64,000 nt of DNA from an uncultured Verrucomicrobiae bacterium (GTDB lineage: Bacteria > Verrucomicrobiota > Verrucomicrobiia > Palsa-1439): positions 416,001-480,000 of the forward strand of contig CAWEWF010000014.1 in NCBI GenBank assembly GCA_963812605.1. Reading direction: 5' to 3'. A program made the position numbers and the translations under genes. The notes under the pieces were generated by a model. That model did no database searches and was not told where the DNA came from. It saw only the letters and a program-made list of their open reading frames with translations. Below are positions 32,620-42,291 of this stretch, in pieces (position 1 is the first letter of the stretch; each line of letters begins with the position of its first letter).

Positions 32620-33678
32620 ATGGCGATTTACGAGATAACGAAGGAATCGCTGATACCTCTCTCCGTAACAAGTTTCTCGGCACAAGGTATCCGGGAACGC
32701 AACGATCTCCAGCGAATCCTTAGGGCGCACATCGCAGCAATCGCTCCGGATACATACGTGCTCTCGGAAGAGTACGGTGAGTGGGAGGATTCTAAACGGC
32801 GCATTGATTTGCTCTGCCTAGACAAGCAGGCCAACGTAGTAGTCGTAGAACTCAAACGGACAGAAGATGGTGGCCACTTGGATCTACAGGCGATCCGGTA
32901 TGCTGCTATGGTCAGTACGCTGACATTTGCGCAAGCAGTTGAGGCGCACACCGATTATTTGCATCGGCTTGGTGGGACAGATGCGGACGCGCAGGAGTTG
33001 ATCCTGAGATTTCTGGATTGGGAGGAACCAAATGAGCACGAGTTCGCTCAGGATACGCGCATCATTTTGGTGTCCGGCGAGTTTTCGAAGGAGGTCACAA
33101 CCTCCGTGCTTTGGCTCAATCAGCGTGACATTGATATTCGGTGTGTGCGCCTTCGCCCCTACTCATCGGGCGACCGGACACTACTGGATATCCAACAGAT
33201 CATTCCATTGCCTGAAGCCGCTGAGTACCAAGTCCAGGTGCGAAAGAAGGAGGCTGAGAAGCGACAGTCACAGGGCGGACCAGACTTTACCCGGTATGAT
33301 CTAATTATTAAGGGCAAAAGGTTTCCAAACCAATGGAAGCGTAGATTATTCTTGCTCGTTATCCGTGAGCTAATCCAACAAGGCATTACATTCGAAGAAA
33401 TCCTAGAAATCATCCCGGAGAGAAAGTTCGTGAAAGTTGACGGCCGATGTACGCCCGAGGAATTTCGGATCAAGCTATCGGCAATGAAAAAATCAAATGG
33501 AAGCCCATATGAGACGAAGCGCTACTTCCTTGATGAGGGCGAACTGATTTTCGTAAACGGAACAACCTACGCTCTTAGCAATCAGTGGTCGATAAAGCGA
33601 CTGCCTGAGTTGGATCAACTGATCGCCAAATATCCCGAGGCTGGAATTTCATATTCCGAAGCAGTCGACGAGGATTAG
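32620..33678 (+). CDS. PD-(D/E)XK endonuclease-like protein (NucS-like N-domain)
   Basis: ERNDLQ...RIDLLCLDKQANVVVVELKR...QAIRYA. AT-richer than flanks. Confidence 0.75.
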   Translation: MAIYEITKESLIPLSVTSFSAQGIRERNDLQRILRAHIAAIAPDTYVLSEEYGEWEDSKRRIDLLCLDKQANVVVVELKRTEDGGHLDLQAIRYAAMVSTLTFAQAVEAHTDYLHRLGGTDADAQELILRFLDWEEPNEHEFAQDTRIILVSGEFSKEVTTSVLWLNQRDIDIRCVRLRPYSSGDRTLLDIQQIIPLPEAAEYQVQVRKKEAEKRQSQGGPDFTRYDLIIKGKRFPNQWKRRLFLLVIRELIQQGITFEEILEIIPERKFVKVDGRCTPEEFRIKLSAMKKSNGSPYETKRYFLDEGELIFVNGTTYALSNQWSIKRLPELDQLIAKYPEAGISYSEAVDED

Positions 33679-33714
33679 CGGAGACTGAGTTGGTTTTTGA
33701 AAGACCCAAATCTT

Positions 33715-33794
33715 CGCCGCGTGGGGGCACGCGGCCTACAACGGCGTGGCACATTTGGAACAACAGGACACAGGCACGGAGGCCTGTGCCACCA
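33715..33794. repeat. Two REP-like hairpins
   Basis: GCCGCGTG..CACGCGGC-CTAC and ACAGGC..GCCTGT-GCCAC (GTAG/GTGG-headed on the - strand). Confidence 0.65.
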
Positions 33795-33812
33795 ATCCAT
33801 TAATTTCATCAT

Positions 33813-35219
33813 TTAGGTGATTTGGATGGTGCGACCGCATTTGTTGCAGCGGATTTGGGGGGCGTCGAAGGCGGGGCTGAGTTGGACGGTGCTGCCGCAG
33901 GCGCAGCGGAAGGATTCCCAGCCGGTGCCGGTGCGGTGGAACTGCAGTGGGACCAGTGGGATTGCAGGTGGTACGACGGACGTTGCCGCCGGGGGTGGGG
34001 GCGGAGTGGTGGCGGCGGAAGGGATGGGGAGGATGCTGCCGCAACGGATGCAGCGGATGGAGTCCTGCTCGTAGCCTTCTGGCACGGAAATCTCCAGGCC
34101 GCAGTTGCATTTTAAGCGCATGTAACCGGACGCGCGGCGGGCAACGTCGTGGGCATCTTGCCGGGATTGAATCGGACCTTCATTTGAGGGCGCGCGGATG
34201 GGTTCTGTTGGCGCGGATTGCAAGGAGCGCGAACCGATGAGCGAACCGCCCTTTGCTTTGCGGTAAGCGGATTCGTAGGCGGTGAACAATGCGCCGGTCA
34301 TGCCGCGCAGGATGCGAATGCGTTCGCTGGTGGGTGGGTGTGAAGAGAAGACGCTGTCGGCTTCCTCGCCATCACCGCTGGCGGCGCTCAAGGGATTCAC
34401 GATGAACATCGGCGCGGTGGCTTTGCTGGCAAAACTGAGCGGGACGTGCGCCTGGGAAATTTTTTCGAGAGCTGACGCGAGGCCTTCGGGGTAGCGGGTG
34501 AACTGCGCGCCGCTGGCGTCGGCGAGGTACTCGCGTTTGCGAGAGCAGGCGAAGTAGAGCAGTTGCGCCATGATCGGGCCGAGGATTGCGAAGAGCAGGC
34601 CGACGACTAGGATGACGATTTGCGCTTGGCTTTCGCTATTGCCGCTACGGGAATCGGAGCGACTGCGGCCGCGTCCGCCGTACCAGAGCGAGCGGCGGAC
34701 GATTTCGGAGAGGATGACGATGGAGCCAAGCATGACGGCGGCGAGCGTCATGAATTGCACGTCGCGGTTCTTGAGGTGGCCGATCTCGTGGGCGATGACG
34801 CCCTGGAGTTCGTCGCGGTTGAGGCGATACATCAGGCCGGTGGTGACGGTGATGGAACTGGTCTCCGGTTTGCGACCGACGGCGAAGGCGTTGGGCGCGG
34901 GATCGTCGATGAGGAAGATGCGCGGCATGAAGTCCAGGCCGGAGGCGAGCCGCATTTCATCGACGATGTTGAACAATTCGGGGCTATCTTCTTTTTGCAG
35001 TTCTCGCGCGTATGCGCCGGCCATGAGGATGGATTCGGCGCTGGTGAAGTAGACGAGCATCATCCCGCCCCAGAGAAGCAGGGCGACGAGCAAGCCGATC
35101 AGCCCGGCGTTGCGGGCGAGCAGTTCGCCGCCGGTATAGCCGATCAGCAGGAGAATCACTGCCATTCCTGTGATGAGCACCGCGGAACGGCGGCGATTGG
35201 CTATTATTTGTTCCCACAT
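33813..35219 (-). CDS. htpX: HtpX-family M48 metalloprotease with C-terminal Zn ribbons
   Basis: PNAFA, AHEIGH, SRKREYLADA, SHPP; tail with CNCG/CIRC and CACG/CNKC. Confidence 0.9.
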   Translation of the reverse strand: MWEQIIANRRRSAVLITGMAVILLLIGYTGGELLARNAGLIGLLVALLLWGGMMLVYFTSAESILMAGAYARELQKEDSPELFNIVDEMRLASGLDFMPRIFLIDDPAPNAFAVGRKPETSSITVTTGLMYRLNRDELQGVIAHEIGHLKNRDVQFMTLAAVMLGSIVILSEIVRRSLWYGGRGRSRSDSRSGNSESQAQIVILVVGLLFAILGPIMAQLLYFACSRKREYLADASGAQFTRYPEGLASALEKISQAHVPLSFASKATAPMFIVNPLSAASGDGEEADSVFSSHPPTSERIRILRGMTGALFTAYESAYRKAKGGSLIGSRSLQSAPTEPIRAPSNEGPIQSRQDAHDVARRASGYMRLKCNCGLEISVPEGYEQDSIRCIRCGSILPIPSAATTPPPPPAATSVVPPAIPLVPLQFHRTGTGWESFRCACGSTVQLSPAFDAPQIRCNKCGRTIQIT

Positions 35220-35296
35220 ATTAGGCAGTGGCTGAACGTCGGCGCCCCGACCTCAGAGTCGGGGTAAACTTGGCTTGAATTTGTTCCCACATATTA
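35206..35296. repeat. 18-bp direct repeat of the htpX start region around a hairpin
   Basis: ATTTGTTCCCACATATTA at 35206-35223 and 35279-35296. Confidence 0.9.
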
Positions 35297-35341
35297 CGGT
35301 TGGGGACGCTTAGCGATGCACATGAAAACCCCTCACCTTGA

Positions 35342-35431
35342 TCCTCTCCCCCGGAGGGGAGAGGAAATTAAAAGGCGACCTGATTGTCTGCGTAACATGA
35401 GGCTTGTTCCTGTCCCCCGGAGGGGAGAGGA
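35342..35431. repeat. Two copies of a palindromic REP-like element
   Basis: TCCT(C/G)TCCCCCGGAGGGGAGAGGA at 35342 and 35408. Confidence 0.75.
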
Positions 35432-35433
35432 GA

Positions 35434-35997
35434 TCAAAAGCTTACTTTCGGGGCCTCGCGCTCGTCCTCGGCCTTGACCTCGAAGAACTCGCGGCGTCCG
35501 AAGTTGAACATGGTCGCGATGAAGTTCGTCGGGAAGACTTCGATGTGCGTGTTGTAGGTCATCACGGAATCGTTGTAGAACTGGCGGGCGAAGGCCACTT
35601 TGTTCTCGGTTGACGTGAGCTCTTCTTGGAGTCGCATGAATTCCGAGTTCGCCTTGAGGTCGGGATAGGCTTCGGCGACAGCGAACAGGGATTTTAACGC
35701 GCCCGTGAGAACGTTTTCGGCCTCGGCGCGGTCACCGACGGAGGTGGCGCTGACCGCCATGTTGCGCGCCTGGATGACCTTCTCCAGCGTCTCGCGTTCG
35801 TGCGTGGCGTAACCTTTGACGGTCTCGACCAGATTGGGGATCAGATCGTGCCGCCGCTTGAGTTGGACATCGATCTGCGCCCAGGCGTTTTCCAACTGGT
35901 TGCGCAGGCGGACGAGGCCGTTGTAGGCGCCGGCGATCCATGCGAGGACGACCACTATCAAGCCGACAAGAATCAGTGCGATAATTCCGATACCCAT
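35434..35997 (-). CDS. lemA: LemA family protein
   Basis: IDVQLKRRHDLIPNLVETVKGY, AEAYPDLKA, ARQFYN. Confidence 0.96.
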   Translation of the reverse strand: MGIGIIALILVGLIVVVLAWIAGAYNGLVRLRNQLENAWAQIDVQLKRRHDLIPNLVETVKGYATHERETLEKVIQARNMAVSATSVGDRAEAENVLTGALKSLFAVAEAYPDLKANSEFMRLQEELTSTENKVAFARQFYNDSVMTYNTHIEVFPTNFIATMFNFGRREFFEVKAEDEREAPKVSF

Positions 35998-36016
35998 GTG
36001 TTGTCTCCGTGTTTGT

Positions 36017-36436
36017 TTAGAGTTTTGATTTCGTAGTGAAGAGTTCGTTCAAATAATCGATCGTTTTTCCCGTGCCGCTCTCCGGCGGGAACATCGAGAG
36101 AAGCTGCTGGAGTTCATCGGCGTCGAACCATAACCCGTGCCCGCGCGGGCATTTGTCGAGCGTCAGGCGTGGCGCGCCTGCGTGTTCCACCTGAATCTCG
36201 TGCAATGCGGCATCGCAGCGCGGACAGAGATGGGGACGGCCGCTGGGCTGAATGCCGCTTTGCTGCTGGAACTTTAACAGGGGATCGTGGGTGTTCGCGC
36301 CCGTTTGTTTCATCAGCGCTTCCAATTCGCCGGCCTCAAGCCACAGTCCGCGGCAATGGTGGCAAAAATCGATTTCGATATCCTTGAAGTGGAGGATAAA
36401 AAGTGGGACATCGCATTTTGGGCAGACGCGTCTCAT
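36017..36436 (-). CDS. Tandem zf-TFIIB-type Zn-ribbon protein
   Basis: CPKC..IDFCHHCRGLWLEAGEL and CPRC..LDKCPRGHGLWFDADEL. Confidence 0.85.
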   Translation of the reverse strand: MRRVCPKCDVPLFILHFKDIEIDFCHHCRGLWLEAGELEALMKQTGANTHDPLLKFQQQSGIQPSGRPHLCPRCDAALHEIQVEHAGAPRLTLDKCPRGHGLWFDADELQQLLSMFPPESGTGKTIDYLNELFTTKSKL

Positions 36437-36612
36437 GGTGGCCCTTCGCTCCGGGATGATGGCGCGTGCGCTGTGGAGGCGTCAAGCACTTCCCGGGCAA
36501 GGCCCGCGCTGGGTTTGTAGACGCTCATTTGACCCTAATAGAACAGAACACCCAGGCAGCGTCATTTATAAATCGGCGGGTTGTTTATAATGACAAAAAT
36601 CGTAAATTGTAG

Positions 36613-36660
36613 TTGACATAGTGTTAAGCGGACACTATCTTAGTGTCAGGATAACACTAT
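36613..36660 (+). promoter_or_regulatory. Promoter with two tandem NrtR-type operators
   Basis: TTGACA(36613)-17-TATCTT overlapped by ATAGTGT-N7-ACACTAT (36618-36638) and TTAGTGT-N7-ACACTAT (36640-36660). Confidence 0.85.
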
Positions 36661-37348
36661 GACATACACCTACGAGTTTCCCCGAGCGGCAGTGACAGTG
36701 GATTGTGTCGTCTTTGGCTTTGATGAAGGAGAACTGAAGGTGCTCCTCGTCCAGAGGGGCCTGGCGCCCTATGCCGGGAAGTGGGCTCTCCCGGGGGGAT
36801 TCGTGCATATCGACGAGACTTTGGAAGAGGCGGCACTTCGCGAGCTTCAAGAAGAAACCGGGATTACCCGGGTCTATCTCGAGCAACTGTACAGCTTCGG
36901 CGAGCTGGGACGGGACCCACGCGAGCGGGTGGTCAGCATTGCCTACTATGGGCTGGTCAAATTGGGCGATTATCGGATCCGCGCCGCCACCGATGCGCGG
37001 GCGGCGGCCTGGTTTGGGGTTTCCGACCTGCCAACACTGGCGTTCGACCACGATCGCATCCTGACGGTGGCGTTGGAACGTCTGAAGGGGAAGGTGCGGT
37101 ACGAGCCGGTGGGCTTTGAGTTGCTCCCGCCGAAGTTCACCCTGTCGCACATCCAGCATTTGTACGAAGCGATTTTGGAACAGGAATTCGACAAGCGGAA
37201 CTTTCGTAAAAAGATCCTGAGCATGGGACTGCTCGTCGAATTGGATGAGATCGAACAGGACGTCGCTCATCGCGCGGCGCGCCTGTATCGATTTGACGAA
37301 AAGCGATACCAACAACTGAGGCGGCGTGGATTTAACTTCGAACTGTAA
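36659..37348 (+). CDS. nrtR: NrtR Nudix-related transcriptional regulator
   Basis: [39 protein letters not shown], w[18 protein letters not shown]. Confidence 0.92.
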   Translation: MTYTYEFPRAAVTVDCVVFGFDEGELKVLLVQRGLAPYAGKWALPGGFVHIDETLEEAALRELQEETGITRVYLEQLYSFGELGRDPRERVVSIAYYGLVKLGDYRIRAATDARAAAWFGVSDLPTLAFDHDRILTVALERLKGKVRYEPVGFELLPPKFTLSHIQHLYEAILEQEFDKRNFRKKILSMGLLVELDEIEQDVAHRAARLYRFDEKRYQQLRRRGFNFEL

Positions 37349-37363
37349 CCATCAACGGAGGGC

Positions 37364-38392
37364 ATGAATATGTTTGCGATCAAGTTCATCAAAGTCCCAC
37401 CCACGAACTACCTACTCCAATACCGCAATGGCCAATTGGTGCGGGAAGGTGCCGGGTTGTCCTTCTTCTATTACGCGCCGACGACTTCGCTGGTGGTGGT
37501 GCCGATGGCCAGCGTGGATGTGCCGTTTATCTTCAATGAGGTGACGGCGGACTTCCAGACCATCACCATCCAGGGGCAGGTCACGTATCGGATCGCTGAT
37601 CCGAAGCAGACCGCCGGGATGATCGACTTCACGTTGCAGCCCGCGGGCGATGATTACGTATCCGAAGATCGCGAGAAGCTGCCGTTGCGCGTGGTCAACG
37701 TGGTGCAGGTCCTGATGCGGGCCGAGTTGCAAACGCTTCCGTTAAGCGAGGCCCTCCGCGCGTCAGACCGGCTGGTGCAACGAGTGGTTGCCGGCCTGGG
37801 CGAATCCAATGAAATTGCCTCCCTGGGGCTGGCGATTCTCGGGTTGGCGGTCCTGGCGATCAAACCGACGCCGGAGACCGCGCGCGCGTTGGAGGCGGAG
37901 GCGCGGGAGCTGTTGTTGCGCGGAGCGGATGACGCGATCTACGCGCGTCGCAATGCTTCCGTGGAGCACGAGCGTGGAATCAAGGAGAATGAATTGAACA
38001 CGGAGATCGCCGTGGAGAATAAACGGCGGCAAATCCGCGAAGCCCAGATGGACGCCGAGCGCGCGGTGCAGGAAAAGCGGCGGAAAATGCTGCAGGAGGA
38101 CATGGCGGGTCGGATTTCTCTCGAAGAGAAAAACAAGGACCTGGTCCTGCTGGCAACCGAGAACACGCGACAAGAAGCCGACGCCAAGGCCTATGGAGTC
38201 GCGGCAGCGATGAAGGCATTCGGCGGAGCGGACCCGAAAGTGTTGCAGGCGCTGGCAAGCGTCGGGATGGATCCGGGTCAATTGGTGGCGCTGGCGTTTC
38301 GCGAACTGGCGGAGGGCGCGCAGAAGATTGGGGAACTGAATATTTCTCCCGAATTGCTCCGCGAACTGCTCGACCGGAAGGCGAAGAACTGA
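37364..38392 (+). CDS. SPFH/Band-7 domain protein with coiled coil
   Basis: GAGLSFFY, TADFQTITIQG, flotillin-like A/E-rich coiled coil. Confidence 0.85.
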   Translation: MNMFAIKFIKVPPTNYLLQYRNGQLVREGAGLSFFYYAPTTSLVVVPMASVDVPFIFNEVTADFQTITIQGQVTYRIADPKQTAGMIDFTLQPAGDDYVSEDREKLPLRVVNVVQVLMRAELQTLPLSEALRASDRLVQRVVAGLGESNEIASLGLAILGLAVLAIKPTPETARALEAEARELLLRGADDAIYARRNASVEHERGIKENELNTEIAVENKRRQIREAQMDAERAVQEKRRKMLQEDMAGRISLEEKNKDLVLLATENTRQEADAKAYGVAAAMKAFGGADPKVLQALASVGMDPGQLVALAFRELAEGAQKIGELNISPELLRELLDRKAKN

Positions 38393-38393
38393 C

Positions 38394-39332
38394 ATGGAGC
38401 GATTGACGGAACATAAGATTGTCCTGATCGTGCGCAACACGCGGATCGACGATCTGGTGGTTCGCTTCAACACGCTCTCACAGGCGCAGTTTTATGTTGA
38501 ACACCTCGGGGCGGACTTCTCGGACTACCTCGCGGAACACAACTGCTACCACAAGGTCATGCGACTAGCCGAGGAGCAGCTCAAGCGAGTGGGGCGGGTC
38601 CAGGTGGTTCATCGATCGTTTCTGCCCAACTTCGTCTTTGGCGAAGGTGACACGGTGGTCGTGCTCGGCCAGGACGGGCTGGTGGCCAATACGGTGAAGT
38701 ACCTGGCCGGGCAAGCGGTCATCGGAGTCAATCCGGACCCATCACGCTGGGACGGTGTTCTGCTGCCATTTGTCGCTGAAGATTTGGCGAAAATCCTCCC
38801 GGATGTCTGGGCGAATCGCCGCTCGATCAAGCAAGTGACCATGGCCCAGGCGACTTTGAATAACGGGCAGTCATTGTACGGGGTGAATGATCTCTTCATC
38901 GGTCCGCGTTCGCACACGTCGGCCCGTTATTCCATTCGGGTTGGCAAGCGGCAAGAGATTCAATCGTCCAGCGGGATCATCGTATCCACGGGGCTCGGGT
39001 CGACGGGTTGGTTCAGCAGTGTGCTGACCGGCGCTTTGGGAATTGCGTCGCAGGTGGCGGAAACCCCGCTGCGAGTTCCTGAGCGCCGCGGCCTCGCGTG
39101 GGATGCGCCGTATTTGCGCTTCAGTGTGCGCGAGCCATTTCCGAGCAAGGCGACGGCCGTCTCGCTGGTGTTTGGAAAGATAACGGCGGACGAGCCGATG
39201 ACGCTGGTATCGCAGATGCCGGACTACGGCGTGATTTTCAGCGATGGGATCGAGGCCGATTTCCTGGAATTCAATTCCGGCACGAAGGCGACAATCACGA
39301 TCGCGGATAAACACGGCAACCTGGTTGTCTGA
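38394..39332 (+). CDS. Divergent NAD kinase-like protein
   Basis: VVVLGQDG (GGDG variant), IGVNPDP, VND, QSSSGIIVSTGLGSTGW, FSDG. Confidence 0.8.
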   Translation: MERLTEHKIVLIVRNTRIDDLVVRFNTLSQAQFYVEHLGADFSDYLAEHNCYHKVMRLAEEQLKRVGRVQVVHRSFLPNFVFGEGDTVVVLGQDGLVANTVKYLAGQAVIGVNPDPSRWDGVLLPFVAEDLAKILPDVWANRRSIKQVTMAQATLNNGQSLYGVNDLFIGPRSHTSARYSIRVGKRQEIQSSSGIIVSTGLGSTGWFSSVLTGALGIASQVAETPLRVPERRGLAWDAPYLRFSVREPFPSKATAVSLVFGKITADEPMTLVSQMPDYGVIFSDGIEADFLEFNSGTKATITIADKHGNLVV

Positions 39333-39405
39333 GAGTTGACACGGCGGCTTTAGTTCTTTTTCTGACCCGGAATTTCGTGATAGCCTGTGGTGAGAGTTTG
39401 GGTCA

Positions 39406-42242
39406 ATGGCCGATCAGCCATCACGCGAAGAGCAAATCGTCAACGCCGTGTTGCAGTTTGCGACGCGGGAGGAACGTGCTGCCTGCCTGAAGGGTGCGTG
39501 CGCGGGGGATGCGGCGCTGCTCCAACGCGTCGAAGTGCTGCTACAGACGCACGAGCAGGCTGGCGCCTCCCTCGATCCGAATGTAACCGTCAAATCGTCG
39601 CCTTCGACGGCTGTGCCGTTGGTTGAGCCTCTTACCGAGAAGGCCGGTGACCGCCTTGGCCGCTACAAGTTGCTGCAGAAAATCGGCGAAGGCGGTTGCG
39701 GCGTGGTCTATATGGCCGAGCAGGAGGAGCCGGTCCGCCGCCGCGTGGCCCTCAAGGTCATCAAGCTGGGCATGGACACCAAACAGGTCATCGCCCGCTT
39801 CGAGGCCGAGCGGCAGGCGCTGGCCATGATGGACCATCCCAACATCGCCAAGGTGCTCGATGCCGGCGCGACCGACACGGGCCGGCCTTACTTCGTCATG
39901 GAACTGGTGCGCGGCATCACGATCACCGATTACTGCGACCAGAACAATCTGTCCACCGCGCGAGCGGCTGGAACTTTTCATCCAGGTCTGCCACGCCATC
40001 CAGCATGCGCACCAGAAGGGCATCATCCACCGCGACATCAAGCCCTCGAACATCCTGGTCACGCTCCACGACGGCGTGCCGGTGCCCAAGGTGATCGATT
40101 TCGGCATCGCCAAGGCCACCGACCAGCCGCTGACGGACAAGACGCTCTTCACGCAGTTCGAGCAGTTCATCGGCACGCCGGCCTACATGAGTCCCGAGCA
40201 GGCGGAAATGAGCGGCCTGGACATCGACACCCGCAGCGACATCTACAGCCTGGGCGTGCTGCTGTACGAATTGCTGACCGGCAAGACCGCCATTCGACGC
40301 CGACGAGCTGGTCGAATCCGGCGTCGACGCCATGCGCCGGACCATCCGCGAGAAGGAACCGGCGCGCCCGTCGACGCGCCTGAGCACGCTGGCCGCAGCC
40401 GAACTGACGGCCACCGCGAAGACAACGCGGGACCGAGCGCGCCCAAGCTCATCCACTCTGGTGCGCGGCGATCTGGACTGGATTGTGATGAAGTGTTTGG
40501 AGAAGGACCGCACCCGCCGATACGAGACGGCCAACGGGCTGGCGATGGACGTGCAGCGCTATCTCGACAACGAACCGGTCACGGCCCGTCCGCCCTCGAC
40601 CGCGTACCGGTTCCAGAAAGCGTTTCGCCGTCACAAACTGGCGTTTGCGGCGGGCGGTGCCGTGATTGCGGTGCTGATCCTGGGTGTGATTGGCACGACC
40701 ATTGGGTTCATACGATCGGAGAGACAACGTCGTGTCGCGGAAGCGGCTCAACATCTGGCCCAGGAGAACTTTGATCAGGCCCGCGCAGCGGTGGGCGACC
40801 TCCTGGCAGTTTCGGACGAGGATCTGTATGACCTGCCGGGAATGCAGCCCCTGCGCGAGAAACTGATGCGCGCCGCCATTGACCGGTACAAGCCATTTCT
40901 CGATCGGCCATCCGCCGACCCTGCGCCGCGGGCCGAGCTGGCACGGCTGTATGTCAAATATGGTTTCACCGCTGCGGGCAACGGCGCCGACTACGCCGCG
41001 GTCGTCAAACCTGCTTTCGAATCTGCATTCGCTATCCAAGAGGCATTGGTCCGGGAACATCCGGAAAACCGGGCGCTACGGTCGGACCTTGGCTGGACGT
41101 ATATCTCGTATTCATGGAGTGGCCGTCATATCGCCGATTTCCAAAAAGCCACGAGAACGGCGGTTGCGATATTTGAGGCTCTGGTGGCCGAAGCTCCCAG
41201 CGATCCGCTGGCCCGATCCGACCTCTCGATGGCGCTGTGGGAGAGCACTTGGGGTTCAGACGACGCCGGCAGCCGCGCGGCAACCGTGCGGGCACTGGCT
41301 ATTCGAGAGCAACTGGTGAAGGAGTTCCCGCAGTCAGCGGAGTTCCGCCGCGATCTGGCCACGAGTCTGCAATGGCAAGGTTACTGGCAAGCTTACCACC
41401 TGACGGATGATCACGCCGCCGCGCTGGCCATGTTGTCCCGCGCCACCGACCTGCGAAGGGCGCTGGTGGCAGACATGGAACAACGTATCCCAGCGATCTG
41501 GTTACCATCACGCCCGCGGGATTCAGAGGCCCTACTGCTGCGCCCTAGCTTGATGTGGACCAAACGCGACGTGGCATTCGGGTGCGCGGCGGTCGCCTAT
41601 CTGCGCGGACATCTCAAACAGTGGCCCGAGGCGCTCATGTTGTCTGACCGGGCCACGGGCATCTACCGCCAGTTAGTGGAGCAGAACCCTTCCATGAAGC
41701 AGTTCATTAGCGAGTTCGGTGCTTCAACCGATTATGGCGCAATGGCGGCGGAGGCTGCGGGAGATGTGGATGCCGCGCAAGCCCGTCGTCTGGAGGCGGT
41801 CAATTTCCTGCGTGTCCGGTTCCCCGCCGATGATCCTGCGCTGGCTCGCGCGTTGGCCGAATTCACGTTCTCACTCCTTGGCCGCGGGAAATTTTCCGAG
41901 GCCGAACCGACGGCTCGCGAGTGTTTGACCACTTACGAGAAGAAGCTTCCGGACGACTGGCGGACATTCAATGCGCGGAGCATTTTGGGCGGCAGTTTGC
42001 TGGGTCAGAAAAAATATGCTGAAGCCGAACCACTCCTACTCTCGGGGTACGAGGGGCTGAAGCAGCGTGAAGACAAGATTGCCTTTGCCGGCAATCCCTT
42101 GGAGCAGTGGCGCTTTCCCGTCGACAATAAACCATGGCTCAAGGAGGCCGTTCGGCGACTGGTGCAACTCTACGAAGCCACGGGCCGGCCCGACCAGGCC
42201 GCCCAGTGGAAGAAGACGCTCGAAGCGATGACCACACCCTGA
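39406..42242 (+). CDS. Ser/Thr protein kinase with TM and TPR-like C-terminus (frameshifts ~39957, ~40288, ~40420-40460)
   Basis: [40 protein letters not shown] and [15 protein letters not shown] spread over three frames. Confidence 0.9.
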
Positions 42243-42291
42243 GGGAAAGCGCCTTGACAACTCCGAAACCTGATCCACATATTCTTGAACC

